A stretch of 64,000 bases of DNA from the human T2T-CHM13v2.0 reference genome, Homo sapiens. Under the pieces are notes generated by a model. The model was not told the origin of the DNA. It saw only the letters and a list, made by a program, of their open reading frames with translations, and did no database searches. Of this stretch, positions 15,320 through 32,569 are shown piece after piece. The position numbers and the translations under genes are program-made. Within the stretch, counting starts at the first letter, position 1; each line of letters opens with the position of its first letter. The DNA lies in assembly GCF_009914755.1 (NCBI RefSeq), contig NC_060935.1, one strand, 5' to 3'.

Positions 15320-15850
15320 ATCTTTGTGATTATATTGGATCCACCTGTACAATCCAGACTAATCTTCTGTATTAGTCCATTTTCACACTGCTGATAAAAT
15401 ACCCGAGACTGGGCAATTTACAAAAGGTTTAATGGGCTTATAGTTCCACATGACTGGAGAGGCCTCATAATTATGGTGGAAGGCAAGAAGGAGTAAGTCA
15501 CATCTTACGAGGATGGCAGCAGGCAAAAAGAGAGCTTATGCAGCGAAACTCCCCTTTTTAAAAACATCATATCTCGTGACACTTATTCACTAGCATAAAA
15601 ACAGCACTGGAAAGACCTGCCCCCACGATTCAGTTACCTCCAACTAGGTCCCTCCCACAACATGTGGTAATTCAAAATGAGATTTGAGTGGGGTCACAGC
15701 CAAACCATATCATTTTCCTATTTTAAAATCAGTTGATTAGCAACTTTAATTCTATCTGCACCTTTAATTCTCCTTTGTTATGGAACATATCATATTACCA
15801 GGGAATTACAAGATGGACATCTTTGTGAGGCCATTATTCTGCCTGCCACA
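15320..15850 (-). mobile_element. MLT1 (C/D-like) LTR part, split by THE1B
   Basis: ttgtgattatattggatccacctg...aatccag | ttaaaatcagttgattagcaac...ggccattattctgcctgccaca. Confidence 0.75.
15368..15712 (-). mobile_element. THE1B-like solo LTR (MaLR)
   Basis: tgtattagtccattttcacactgctgataaa...cacagccaaaccatatca; 5-bp TSD tcttc/ttttc. Confidence 0.9.
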
Positions 15851-16570
15851 CCACTTAAATGTCTACTGTAGCTTGGGTTGTAATAATTGTATTTGTCCTG
15901 AAGAACCAGATTTTTATGCTGTATCATCTGTGCAAACTTAATAAGGGCAAAAGGTATATCATCAGCTTTCTGTCACTCCCTACCTCACTTCCAATTTCTT
16001 TTGCCAACATCTCTGTTTTGGGCAGGCCAGTCATAGTGGCAGCTCTACCCATAACCTGCTTCTGAGATAAATTGCCTAATCACATCCTCTGCAAAGGGAG
16101 CAGTCCATGTGCTTCTCTTGCTGGCCATGATCTCTTCACTGCAGCTGCTTGGTGTAGAGTGAACATGTGACAGCAAGACGATCAATTTAAATGATGATTG
16201 GTTCAAGCAGTTCTAATAGTCTTCAAATATCTATTATCTACATTCTGATTTAACCAAAAAGCCATCATTTTTAGGGGTGAACATTGCTACAAGTTGCAGG
16301 CCTCTTTATATCTTCCTGTGTCTATCGCCTGGTTTTTGGACAATGTGATAGAAGGATCAGTGTTGTGTGGAGTTGTTGTTGGGTTTGATTAAAAGAGATA
16401 TCCTTCAACTTATGTTTTTCCTTTTTATTGCTTTGTGGAACAAAAATATAGTGATGCAACCTTATGAACCATCTGGCACCATGATGTGACCTTGGAAGAG
16501 CAACAAGAAAATAACAATACTGGCTCTTTTATGTGCAACCGACACAGTAGATCTGGAACTCTACCCACAA

Positions 16571-16740
16571 CAGTGTGCTGGTAAATGCTTAACCACCAGT
16601 TCCTTAGGTATAATGACCTTATTTGTAGTGCTTTTTGATTTATGAGGAGTAAATATTCCTATCATATGGCATATATCACTGAATGTAGAGCTGGGAAGAG
16701 ATGTACACAATTAGATCGTGGATACCAGTTCTAGTAAACT
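16571..16740. mobile_element. MER63-like hAT MITE, within an old MLT1 remnant
   Basis: cagtgtgctggtaaatgcttaaccacc...gctgggaagagatgtacacaatt. Confidence 0.65.
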
Positions 16741-17109
16741 CTAATGTGGGAAAAGTAAACTTCTATTTTGTTTAGACCAGTATTTTGTGTTGTTTCTTGC
16801 TCATGGCCAGAAATGATCCCAGTTTATTTCTGAGTAGTGGCCTATAAGATGATGAAGGCCAAATGGGGTCATCCAGATTTCTTTTTTTACATACTTCAAA
16901 CTATCGGTATGGAGAGAGGATCATTAGTTAACAGTTGGATCATGAATAAAATTATGCACTAAGGCATGTAGTGACAGAGTGGCTGTATCATGTTACTATA
17001 GAGATGTATAATACACCAGCAAACTCCTGTGAGTGCAGGCAGGCACCATAAGACAACCTGGCTTCAAGCACAGCCTTGGATCATGAATGGTGTTGATTTC
17101 TGTCAGATT

Positions 17110-20110
<3,001 letters not shown>

Positions 20111-20764
20111 TGTCAAAAATTTATTTTATGGTGATTAGATGTTAATTTGTACCTGCTTTTATGTAATGGATTCTCTTAATTTATACATACTAAAAATACT
20201 TCAGATTAGAAAGATGGGGAAAATAATCCAAAAGTACCTCCTTCTTTTGTTCCAAACAACTCAGATACTCTCCTGTTTCCCCCCAAAACAACATGCAGAC
20301 ACAGATGCAAGAAAAACAGAAATGAAAGAAAATCAAGATGAAAAAAAGAGAAGATGTGGAATGAGGTACCATACAGTTCTAATAAGTGCTTAGTTAAATA
20401 TACAAACCATTATATTAGTTAGGAATCTTTAATTACAAATAAAAGACATCAAATTTAACTATGATGTATGGAAAATGGAGTAAACTTTATGAGACCAAAG
20501 GGCATGTAAATCTCTGGATTCAGGAAGAACCTGGAATAGGTGTCTAGAATGTAGAAGGTCGACCAAGCAGCACCTTTTCTTGATTTATTTTGCCCCATTT
20601 CTCTTTGGGAATTGGGTCACATATCTCTCCTTCTAAATCTACAAGGAGGAAAATATATCCTACATCTCAGAAGCATACATTGGGTAAATTCTCCTCATGG
20701 ATCTAAGTCCATGGTCTCACGCTGGAGATTGACAGAAGATGAAATACAAGGAAGAAAGACTTGC

Positions 20765-21469
20765 TGAGAGAGAAGGAGAAAGGAAGAAACTATCTACGTA
20801 GATAGTTAGGGCTGAGTCCTCAGCAGAATTCCTCTTCTAACAAAAGAGCAGCCTGAGAGGATCAAGCTGCAAACACGGAAAAGGAAGCCAGGTCTGACAC
20901 AAAACACATCACAAGTAATCAATAAAGTTTCACATATGGATGGCAGGGTTGGGGAGGGGCTTAGTGAGCATATTCCTTCTCATTTTTTAGATATACTCAG
21001 ATAAGAAAGCTTGCACAGGGGGCTGCCTGCAGCAGCACTGATAAGAAGAGATACCCTGGGCTAGGCATGTCCACTTTGAAGGGATTCACCCATAACTCAT
21101 GCACAGTAGGAAGAGATAAGCAACATGGAGTAACTTAGGCTAAGGGCCCGCATGCTCACTAGATGGATATGGTAGGGACTGCAAGGGATTTGCACCTTAT
21201 GCAAATGACACACCTAGTCCTGACCGGTTTTTCATACCCTATGTAAATGGAGCACCACTCCCTACTAACTCCTTTGTAAAAACCCTTGTCCTTCACTGTA
21301 AAATGACAACCCTTTTTTGGGATGCCTCTCTGCAGCAGAGAGCTTTCTGTCTTCCTTTCACTTCTTAAATTTCTGCTCTAATCTTACCCTTGATTTGTCT
21401 GTGTCCTTGATTTCTTTGGCAGTGAGACAAAGAACTTTGGGTGGCACCCCAGACAACAAGGCCATTTCA
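20765..21469 (+). mobile_element. MER50-family solo LTR (ERV1)
   Basis: tgagagagaaggagaaaggaagaaact...gatcaagctgc...cagataagaaagcttgcacaggggg...gccatttca; TG...CA ends, 4-bp flanks ttgc/ttac. Confidence 0.8.
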
Positions 21470-21665
21470 TTACCAGTAGTATCTCCACTATAGTCATTAA
21501 GATAGATGCTGTAATGTAACCACAAGTTATAAAATGCCATCTCAGCTCTCAAAAAAGCCAGAGATTATATACATATAGATTATATGTAGATATATAGAGA
21601 TATATACCTATTAGATTATATACATTGTATATATGATCTTAGATCATATAAATACTGTAACTGTA

Positions 21666-21993
<328 letters not shown>

Positions 21994-22109
21994 TTAAAGT
22001 ACCAGATTTGGCATAAAGGCTAAAGACTCTCAAACAAATGTTAAGTATAGGTCAATTTCAAAAAAGAAAAGCTGAAGTATAATATATGACATTTAAAATA
22101 ACCAAATTG

Positions 22110-23071
22110 CTTCTCTGAGAAAACACCAAATGCCGGGATGACACTGGTGCAATGGGAGAGCCTGGAGGCCCCAGGGGCCCTGGGATGGGGAAGTGTGGTG
22201 GCTTCTCCTGAGGCTTTGTCAGTGGCATCTGGGGCTGGGGTCGCCTCAGTGGTCGGGGCTGAGGCGGGGGCTAAAACTGCGGAGTTCAAGGAGGCCAGGC
22301 TGAGGATAAGGAGTTGATGCTGGTCGTCAAGCTGGGCCACCTGGTCAAAGACATGCAGATCAGATCCCTGGAGGAGATCTGCCTCTTCTCTCTGCCCATC
22401 AAGGAGTCTGAGATCATTGACCTTTTCCTGGGGGCCTCTCTCAAAGATGAAGTTTTGAAGATTATGCTGGTGCAGAAGCAGACCTGCGCTGGCCGGTGCA
22501 CCAGGTTGAAGGTGTTTACTGCCATCAGGGACTACACTGGCCATGTCCGTCTGGATGTTAAATGCCCCAAGGAGGTTGCCACTGCCATCCGATGGGCCAA
22601 CATCCTGGCCAAGCTCTCCACCGTCCCCATGCACACAGGCTACTGGAGGAACAGGATTGGCAAAACCCACACTCTCATTTGCAAGGTGACAGGCCACTGC
22701 AGCTCTGTGCTGGTGTGCCTCATCCCTGCACCCAGCAGCACTGGCATTGTCTCAGCCACTTTGCCCAAGAAGCTGCTGCTGATGGCCAGTATTGATGACT
22801 GACACAGCTCAGCCAGGGGTTGCACTGCCACCCTTGGCAACTTCACCAATTTCACCTTTTATTCCATCTCCAAGACTTACAGCTACCTGACCCTGGCCTC
22901 TGGAAGGAGAATGTATTCATCAAGTCTCCCTATCAGGAATTCATTGACCATCTTGTCAAGACCTATGCCAGAGTCTCTGTGGAGAGGACTCAGGCTCCAG
23001 CTGTGGCTACAACATAGGATTTTTTTACAAGAAAAATAAAGTGAATTAAGCATGTTAAAAAAATAATAAAA
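22110..23071 (+). pseudogene. RPS2: Full-length processed pseudogene of 40S ribosomal protein S2 (uS5); specific RPS2P number not determinable
   Basis: 5'UTR aaaacaccaaATG at 22130; intronless; peptides [31 protein letters not shown] and [14 protein letters not shown]...[10 protein letters not shown], stop at 23017; AATAAA and poly(A); frameshift just after ATG, premature TGA at 22800-22802. Confidence 0.97.
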
Positions 23072-23074
23072 TCT

Positions 23075-23736
<662 letters not shown>

Positions 23737-23740
<4 letters not shown>

Positions 23741-24080
23741 TTCATGTCTTTTGCGGGGACATGGATGAAGCTGGAAACCATCATTCTCAGCAAACTAACA
23801 CAAGAATAGAAAACCAAACACCGCATGTTCTCCCTCATAAGTGGGAGTTGAACAAAGAGAACATATGGGCACAGGGAGGGGAACGTCACACACTGGGGCC
23901 TGTTGGGGGGTGGGGAGCAAGGGGAGGAATAGCATTAGGAGAAACACCTAATGTAGATGACGGGTTGATGGGTGCAGCAAACCACCATGGTACATGTATA
24001 CCTTTGTAACAAACCTGCACATTCTGCACATGTTTCTCAGAACTTAAAGTATAAATAATAATAAAATAAAATAAAATAAA
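23737..24080 (+). mobile_element. L1PA 3' end (sense segment) with (TAAAA)n tail
   Basis: atgagttcatgtc...ggaaaccatcattctcagcaaact...gggtgcagcaaaccaccatgg...gaacttaaagtata. Confidence 0.95.
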
Positions 24081-26921
24081 ATAGCCAAATTAACAAATAT
24101 ATAAAAGAAGGGCAGTCCATGATATGTGAAATCTGGGTAGCAAATCAGTGACAGAGATACAAACCTGAAAAAAAAAATGTTTTACAAAACTTTAATCACT
24201 CCAAAAAAGAGAAGCCAGCTTGTTTTTCTTCCATGACTTACTAGGCTGTCCATAAAATTCCACTGCCAAGTATCACTTTTCCTCTATAATATCTCCATTT
24301 ATGTAATAAATTATTTACTGTTTTCAATCACTGTACTTCCTTTTTTCCTCTTATAGAGAATTCTTTGAACGAAAGATAGATTTGCTCAAAAACAGTTTAT
24401 TCCAATGCATGGCTTTGACTATTTTACGTTAATTGCAGTCTTGTTTCTTTCTTGAAGGCCTTAAAGACATAAGTCCTTGTGGTTATAATTAAATCCTACT
24501 GCTAATAAAATTCTTATGTGCTCCCATGGTCCTAGTTAAATAACTCATTTCTAGAATCTTCCTTGTACTAGCTAGGCCCTTTAAAAAAATCGAGGAGGAG
24601 AGGGCTTTATTAGTATTATTTGTGAAGAATAGTTCCTCCTGGTTTTACATATATATAAAATGAAAAAAGATATTAAGAATTTATCATGTGAATAGAACTA
24701 TGAAATCGGTAAAGAGCTCAGCTGCACTTGAAAACCTTTTAACATACTTCATTTTTGGAGAAAGCTTTCTCAGACTCCAGCAGAAGTAGCATCTGCAGTC
24801 TTCTGCTATGATCATACTTATTTCTAGTCATTTTTATTCCATAACAAATAGGCTCAATCACATTAACCACCTACTTATACAACATTCATAATTTATATAA
24901 TGACATTGAAATCTGCTATTAATCTCAGAAAGCACTAGGATAGTGTCAAGTTATATGATACTGGAATGCTTTTTTTTAGTTTCTGGTTCTCAATTGCTGA
25001 TTGACTTATTGTTAGCTTTTTAAAAGGTCTGCAGTGACAAAGTAAAATTGGAACCATATCTACTATAATAAGCCTTTGCAACTGAAAAAGGCCTTTAACT
25101 ACTTGAAGTTCCATTACATGCACAATTTCATTTTATCTAAATCACAGTCCAGTCAGGAAGGGATATCAATGGTGAAGAAAGTGAGACAGAGAGTTTTGAT
25201 GTTTTCCTAAGGTAAGGATTCTGTTAATATCCCAAAACTCATAAATGGAAAAGGGGATTGAACAGGCATTTACTGACTAGTATGGACAGGCCTCATACTA
25301 TGCACAAAAGGCAATTTTTGTCTCATTGAAAAGACAAACAAATGAAAAGCAAAACAGTGAGTTAGGAGTTCTCTATCAAGGTGATTTTACCACCAAAATT
25401 TGAGGCTCTGAATTGCAAAGCAATTTACCCAAGTTCATATCTCCAAAATAATTGGAATTAAAACCTAAAATGTCAGATTGCCAGGTCTACATATGGTTAT
25501 ACTCCTCCTGTCCTTAACTGAGAATCAGTAATTACATTTTCCGACATGCGTTAAGCACTTACTGACTTAATATATAGCATGCATTGTATGAAGAACTTTT
25601 AAGTTGGCTATTGTTTTTCTCTGAGAGCAGTTCTACACAAAGAAATAGCAAAACCTCTTCCAACTCATTCCAATCGGAATTCTTCCCTAGGATTATTTTT
25701 TGTTGAGTTGAAAAAAAAAAAAAGAAAACCCTCTTTATTTTCTGATCATGAGACTTTAAGGATGAGAGCCTAGAACTGAGGGAAGGCAAATCTCTTATCT
25801 CATGGAGAAAGACAACAACAAAAGACATTCTGTCATTTAATAGCAAAGTAGTCTCAACTGGCTTCATGGCTTGGTGGATCTGAATAGTCCAAGCACTTCT
25901 CTATCATTATGGTATTGCATATTTTATTGTTTGAAGTGGTATTCTTTGGTGTTGGAGTTGGAGCACAATATGTAATTTCCTGTTTGAAACTGCAGAATAA
26001 AATATTCGATCTACAAAAAATTGAGATAAAATTATTATCCTAGTTTTCACTTACTGATATAATAATTATGTCATTTCTGTGGAGAAATAGAGAAGGCCAT
26101 ATTTGCATTAGGAGTATTCTGTTGTGTATGCCACCATAATTTTATTGCAATTTGATAAACATGGGTTGGATTAACCAATTTGTGTATTAATTCCCATAGG
26201 TACCTGTTCCTTAAATTGAAGCTGCAAACAACACTTGTAATTGGTCATGGCAAAACAAGGCAGATAGAACATCTTCACAAAGGCAACTTTTGGCTGCCCA
26301 ATATTTTAACCATCAGAATAGAAAATTAATTCAGCTATGTGAGTTTCATTGGCATTAATGTTACTTACTTTCTTATACTTGCTTACTGGAAAGGCATTTG
26401 TTAATGTTGTCTGGTGTTGCCGCATTACTAATTCAACATCTAACTGCAAATCAAGTCTATTCAAATTCAAAAGGAATGGCAGTGTTTGCTTTTTATCTCT
26501 TACTGAATACATATTCTTTCAAAAAATAATTTCAGCATTAAAATGAAATAAAAATCACGACACATTAAATATTAATTAAATTATTACATTTCTGCAAATA
26601 TAATGTCACACTAGAATTATTCTTATGAAGTATAGTTATTCATATCACAAGTTAGATCACATTTGGTGCATTCTTACTTTGTTGGGGTGGTCTTGAAGTA
26701 AGGAGTAATCTTGATGAAGCTTAAAGAAAGGAAAAGATGTTTTTTTCTCTGTTATTGTTGCATAAATGACTCCAAGCTTTATGAATTATTAATCTTGCAA
26801 AAAACTTCAAAATTAACTTTTTAGAACTTCTATGTAGAGATAGAAAGAGTATACATTTTGTTGCAAAATGGCACCTTTATTGATTAGATTTTTGATGTCT
26901 GTAACTAAAGTTAAAAAAAAA

Positions 26922-27315
<394 letters not shown>

Positions 27316-27982
27316 TTAACTTCTCTGAATATAAAGCATTAGTTTTTCATTCGTGTTAGGCTGAGAGCTTCAACTTTAGCCTGAAATATCTTCAAAACAC
27401 AATTTAGCTAATAATTTGTTATAATATTAATGAAACAAAAATTGAGGATCCTCTGAAACACGTCTGTCCTTTGTGTTTTGAAAAAAAAGCCTTTTAAATA
27501 AGTTGTCTAGATGAGTCCTTAAAAATACATTTTTAATTTCCTTTTATCTTCCTATTGGTTGCTTTCAACATGGGGACTTGGCTTTAAAAATTTGTATTTG
27601 GGAATAATTACATATTCAAAAATGCACAAATAAAAATAGCTCAATTTAAAATCTGTTTAAAATATCTTCCTTTTTGTTTTTTGAAAAGCAATGCAATCAA
27701 ACAGAGCATAAAAAACCCTCCTGAAAGAATAAGTTACATTGAAGCTTTTACAGCTATCAAAAAGGTACACTCCACCCTAGGAACAAGATTAAAAAAACAA
27801 ACAAACACAAAAACAAGGTACACACTGACATTTCTATATTGATACTCTTGTAAATTAAAAACAGAAACGAAACCAAAACATCTTTAATGCTTACGTGTTT
27901 CAAGGAAAGAAATATATTAATTGCTTATTTGTGTTGTTAAAAATTTTTAGTAAAAAATCATTCAGTCAGAATTTATCTTTCT

Positions 27983-28428
27983 TGTGGTGATTAATTTTAT
28001 GTGTCAATGTTACTGGACCACAGGATAATCAGATATTTATTAGACATTATTTCTGGGTGTGTCTGCAGTGTGTGTTTTTTTTTTTTTTGAATGAGATTAG
28101 TATTTGAATTAGGCCCTCCCTAATACAGGCAGGCCACATTCAATAGTTTGAAAGTCCCAAGAGAATAAAGCTGAATAAAAAAGAATTGTATCGTTCTCTG
28201 CATGATGATCTTCAAGCTGCAACATTAGTCTTCTTCTGTCTTCAGATTCAGACTTGGATCCAAATTCCACTATTGGCTCTCCTGCTTCTTAGGTCTTTGA
28301 ACTTGGACTGGAAATATATTTTTGACCCTCCTGAGTCTGGATTTCTCAGCCTCCATAATATGCGACTCAATTCCTTAATATATATATTTCCTATTGCTTC
28401 TTTTTCTCTGGAGAAACTAACTAACATA
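27983..28428 (+). mobile_element. MLT2 LTR (ERVL 5' LTR)
   Basis: tgtggtgattaattttatgtgtcaa...gaatgagattag...tttctctggagaaactaactaa. Confidence 0.88.
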
Positions 28429-28878
28429 GATTTCAGTACCAAGATTGATTCTAAAGGAACAAAATTTTAAGAATGTGTTTTCTAAATTGGTTCTGGGATT
28501 GTCTTTCTAATCTGATTAGACTTAAAGACCCTAATGACTCTATTTCCAGTAGTAAAAGGAACAATAATAGTCTATGGCGTGACTCAAAAATAGATAAACA
28601 CAAATAGTTCTATTGGATTCTCCTAATAAACCACTTATAGGAAGCAAAGAGCTGAGTAACCATGTATATGATATTTAAGAACAATTTTGGAAATCTAATG
28701 AATATAATGAAGTTGGTTGGTTGGTCCTAATGTTGCTGGACAAAGTGGTGACAGAAAAGAATGAGTTCAGCAATTCTAATAACCAGCTCAATCGCTCTAT
28801 AAATGATCTGATAGCTTCTGTGTATACCCTAAAAAAGACCCTTATATCCTGTAGCTGTAGGGCTGAGATTGCTGAATT
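28429..28878 (+). mobile_element. ERVL internal leader and degenerate gag N-terminus
   Basis: gatttcagtacc follows the LTR; ORF LLDKVVTEKNEFSNSNNQL...LISCSCRAEIAE resembles ERVL Gag. Confidence 0.8.
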
Positions 28879-30699
28879 TTTCCAACACTTTGCATTTATT
28901 ATAGCATGGTATTTGAGTATTTATGTAGACATACATAGAGCTTCTAGAACATAATCTTGGCTCCTTGAGAGAAAGAAGATTTTCTTAACATTTTCAAATA
29001 TCTCATAGCTTCACCTATGCCCATTGAATAATTAGAGCTCAATCATATAAAACTGAGTTGATTTTTCAGGTGCCATGGAAATTAGTTAACTGGAATGTAG
29101 GTACTCCTCATGGTATGGTCACGTTGTCTTATTTCCTATGTCTTAGAGAATGCTTTTCTAATGCTTATATTTTTTGTCACACAAAGCAAAATAAACAATA
29201 ACTATCTTTTATTTCATTTGAGGCACCCTTAAAATATAACAGGGAAGACATATTTAGATAGAGAGATTAAATGTGCTTAAACCTAATCACAACTTTATGA
29301 GGTAAATAATGCCATCTTTATTTGGTATGCTGAGTAAATTACCAGTTTCTCATGGCTAATAAAAGATAACTAGGATTCTGTCTGCTAGGATTCAAATATT
29401 TTCCTTATGATTTGGATACTCTATACCTAATCAGCATGCCAAAAAGAATCTGGGATCTATGAAATATTATTATCCTTTCTTATCTAAGTTAGCTCTTTTG
29501 CAGCACTTTTAGTTCTAATGAGGCATATTATTAGCTCCCCAAATTGTGAGCTGGAGAGCATTTGCCATTTCACTGCAGGCATTTGAGAACATAATAGAAT
29601 TTCTCCATATGAATGTGAAACACTTCAGACAAAAGGTAAGAACTCTTCCAAGTTCTCCAAAATTTCTGAAAGTATTTTTCTCTTTAGAATGGCCTGTTCT
29701 CACTAAGTTCATTTCCAAAGACGTATATAATCATAGCTACTATAAAATTTGAAGTCAGAAATATAATAATAAAAAAAAAGTGAGCATGCTTTTAACCATA
29801 TTTACTCAATACAGGTTATAATTCATTGCTCCAGGAAAATTGATCTGTTTGTTATGAGATGAAATGATTCACATGCAATAAAAATTGAAATTCTAAAAAT
29901 GCAGATAATGAGAGCATATTTGTAAAAGGGTTAGGAAAAGAACTAGTTATTTCCTAAAATTAAACTGCATATTTACTTCAAAGTAATGCACATTTAATAT
30001 TTGTTAACAAAAGATAAATATATATGTAGAATTCAGTCTTCCTGCTTCTCTCCTCTAGCACTTTTGGTACTAACTTTGAGCTTAAAATTTATTTAAAATA
30101 GTTTTTCATAAAAATTGCCAAAGATAATTATAATTGGGTTATCCTCCTATCCTCTGAGACTTTTTTATTCCAGAATATTGTTTTTAATTTTTCTTATTTT
30201 TTTATTTTAAAGAATCCAGAAATCAATAAGTTAAAGAAAAGTCAATCTAGTCAATCTACAAAGCTAAGAGAGCTAATGGAAACTTGAAAAAATACAGGAA
30301 TCAAAATAATTGGAGCAACATACAAAGACTATTATATATTTTTTCTAAAGCAACTACCCATATAATTTTATTTTTTTCTCTAGAATTACCCATATTTAAC
30401 CAAGTTGAAAAGTGTTACTTTTACCAGTAAGATATATTTTCTTGAAGTTGTGATATACACAATATGTGGGAAGAAGGCGTCCTTCTGAAACTGATTTAGA
30501 CATTATGCTTTATTTTACTGATGTTAAATTTTATTTTACTAAATTTTCACTAATACTTTGGGGTCTTTTAAATGGATTTAAAATAAGTATGTCCTTTCAA
30601 TTCACTCCAATGGATAAATAAAAAATAGGAAATGGGCAAACAATAATAGACAATAAAGAGTAGGAAAAAACATGCAGTTGAAGTTTGTAAAGTGGAAAA

Positions 30700-30970
30700 C
30701 AGAAGCTTGCTCTCTATATTAGGACAGCAAAACTGATAGCATCCATGTGGAACCAAATGAAGAGCAAGCCCCAAAATATGATGCCACTAATAAAGTAGAA
30801 CAGAGGAAAATAAAAAAATTGGCATGACATAATTGGATCAAAATGACAATTAAGCTTACCTTAACTCTGTAATTTCCAGCTACATGAACCAGCAAATTTA
30901 CTTTATTGTTTAAGCGAATTTGAACTTGGTCTTCAGGTTACTTGCAACTGAAAACATTCTAACTAATATG
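30700..30970 (+). mobile_element. Old MLT1 fragment
   Basis: tttccagctacatgaaccagcaaatt...ttgtttaagc...gttacttgcaactgaaaacattctaactaata. Confidence 0.6.
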
Positions 30971-31444
30971 CTGTACGTATTATATAATTACCTCATCAGC
31001 TTAAAATGTTATTCTAGTTTACAAAAGCAACTTAAAATACCATCTGATTTGCCACCCCAGAGTTTGCATGGAATAAAGATAAGTGTGTTTACTGTTGATC
31101 GGTTGACTTTATTTAACTCTGTATCTTGTTTTTGACTTCTCTTTGACTCTGTGCTCTTCAAGGCTAGGTAATCAACTCATCTTTTCAAATATGCTTATGA
31201 CAAAGTTCTCAAATTCTCCTTTTGTTGTGATTAGAAATTAAAGATAAGCAGGAGCTCACCTTCCTGACAATCATTCTGACCCACATCAGCTGAAGTCATT
31301 TTTGCCTTAAGACTGTTGCCAGCCTGCAAACTACTGCCCAAAGTTCGGAGTGGTTGTTTGGAATTACAATAAAATGATGGATGGAGGCTAGTCAAGCACA
31401 TACTTGCTCTTATTTAGGAGCAAAGCCATAAATGAGCCTTATAG

Positions 31445-32024
<580 letters not shown>

Positions 32025-32569
32025 GTTACCCATCAACATCCAGTTTATGCTTCCTATATTCAATCACTGGTTCAACTGGAGTACAAATTAAAAAAAAATC
32101 TGATTAAATGAGTGAGCCATAAACATGCTCTTCCATTCTAGATCTATACCATTATTGGGGACATTAAATTTGTTCCATTCTAAAAGAAAAATATTTTTTT
32201 ATATATATTACAAATTCATAAATTTTTATATATGTATACACATACACACATATATATGCACACACACAAATATATTATTTCTTTATCAAATAACCTGAAC
32301 CTCAAACTATATTTTGTGATTTTGGGTCAAGAATAGCAAAATGACAGCAGAATACTGACTTATTTTAGAATTACAGATACCACTTTCCTTAAGAGAAGAC
32401 TGAAGTTTAGGAATATAAATTTACATCATTATAAACTACTTCTCCAGGTAGTTAAAAAGCAGGTATTAAATGTAATTTATTTCCCCATATCCTTGTAATG
32501 CATCCTGATTTTTTTTTATTGTAAGAACATTTAAGACTTGTTTCTTCAAATGTAAATCACCATATTCTT

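Noticed and set aside
22041-22697. 218-aa minus-strand ORF, the longest in the track
   Set aside because: Antisense shadow of the GC-rich RPS2 pseudogene; no independent support.
22314-22802. RPS2-like ORF as a functional CDS
   Set aside because: Frameshifted N-terminus, premature stop, many non-conservative changes, retrocopy hallmarks.
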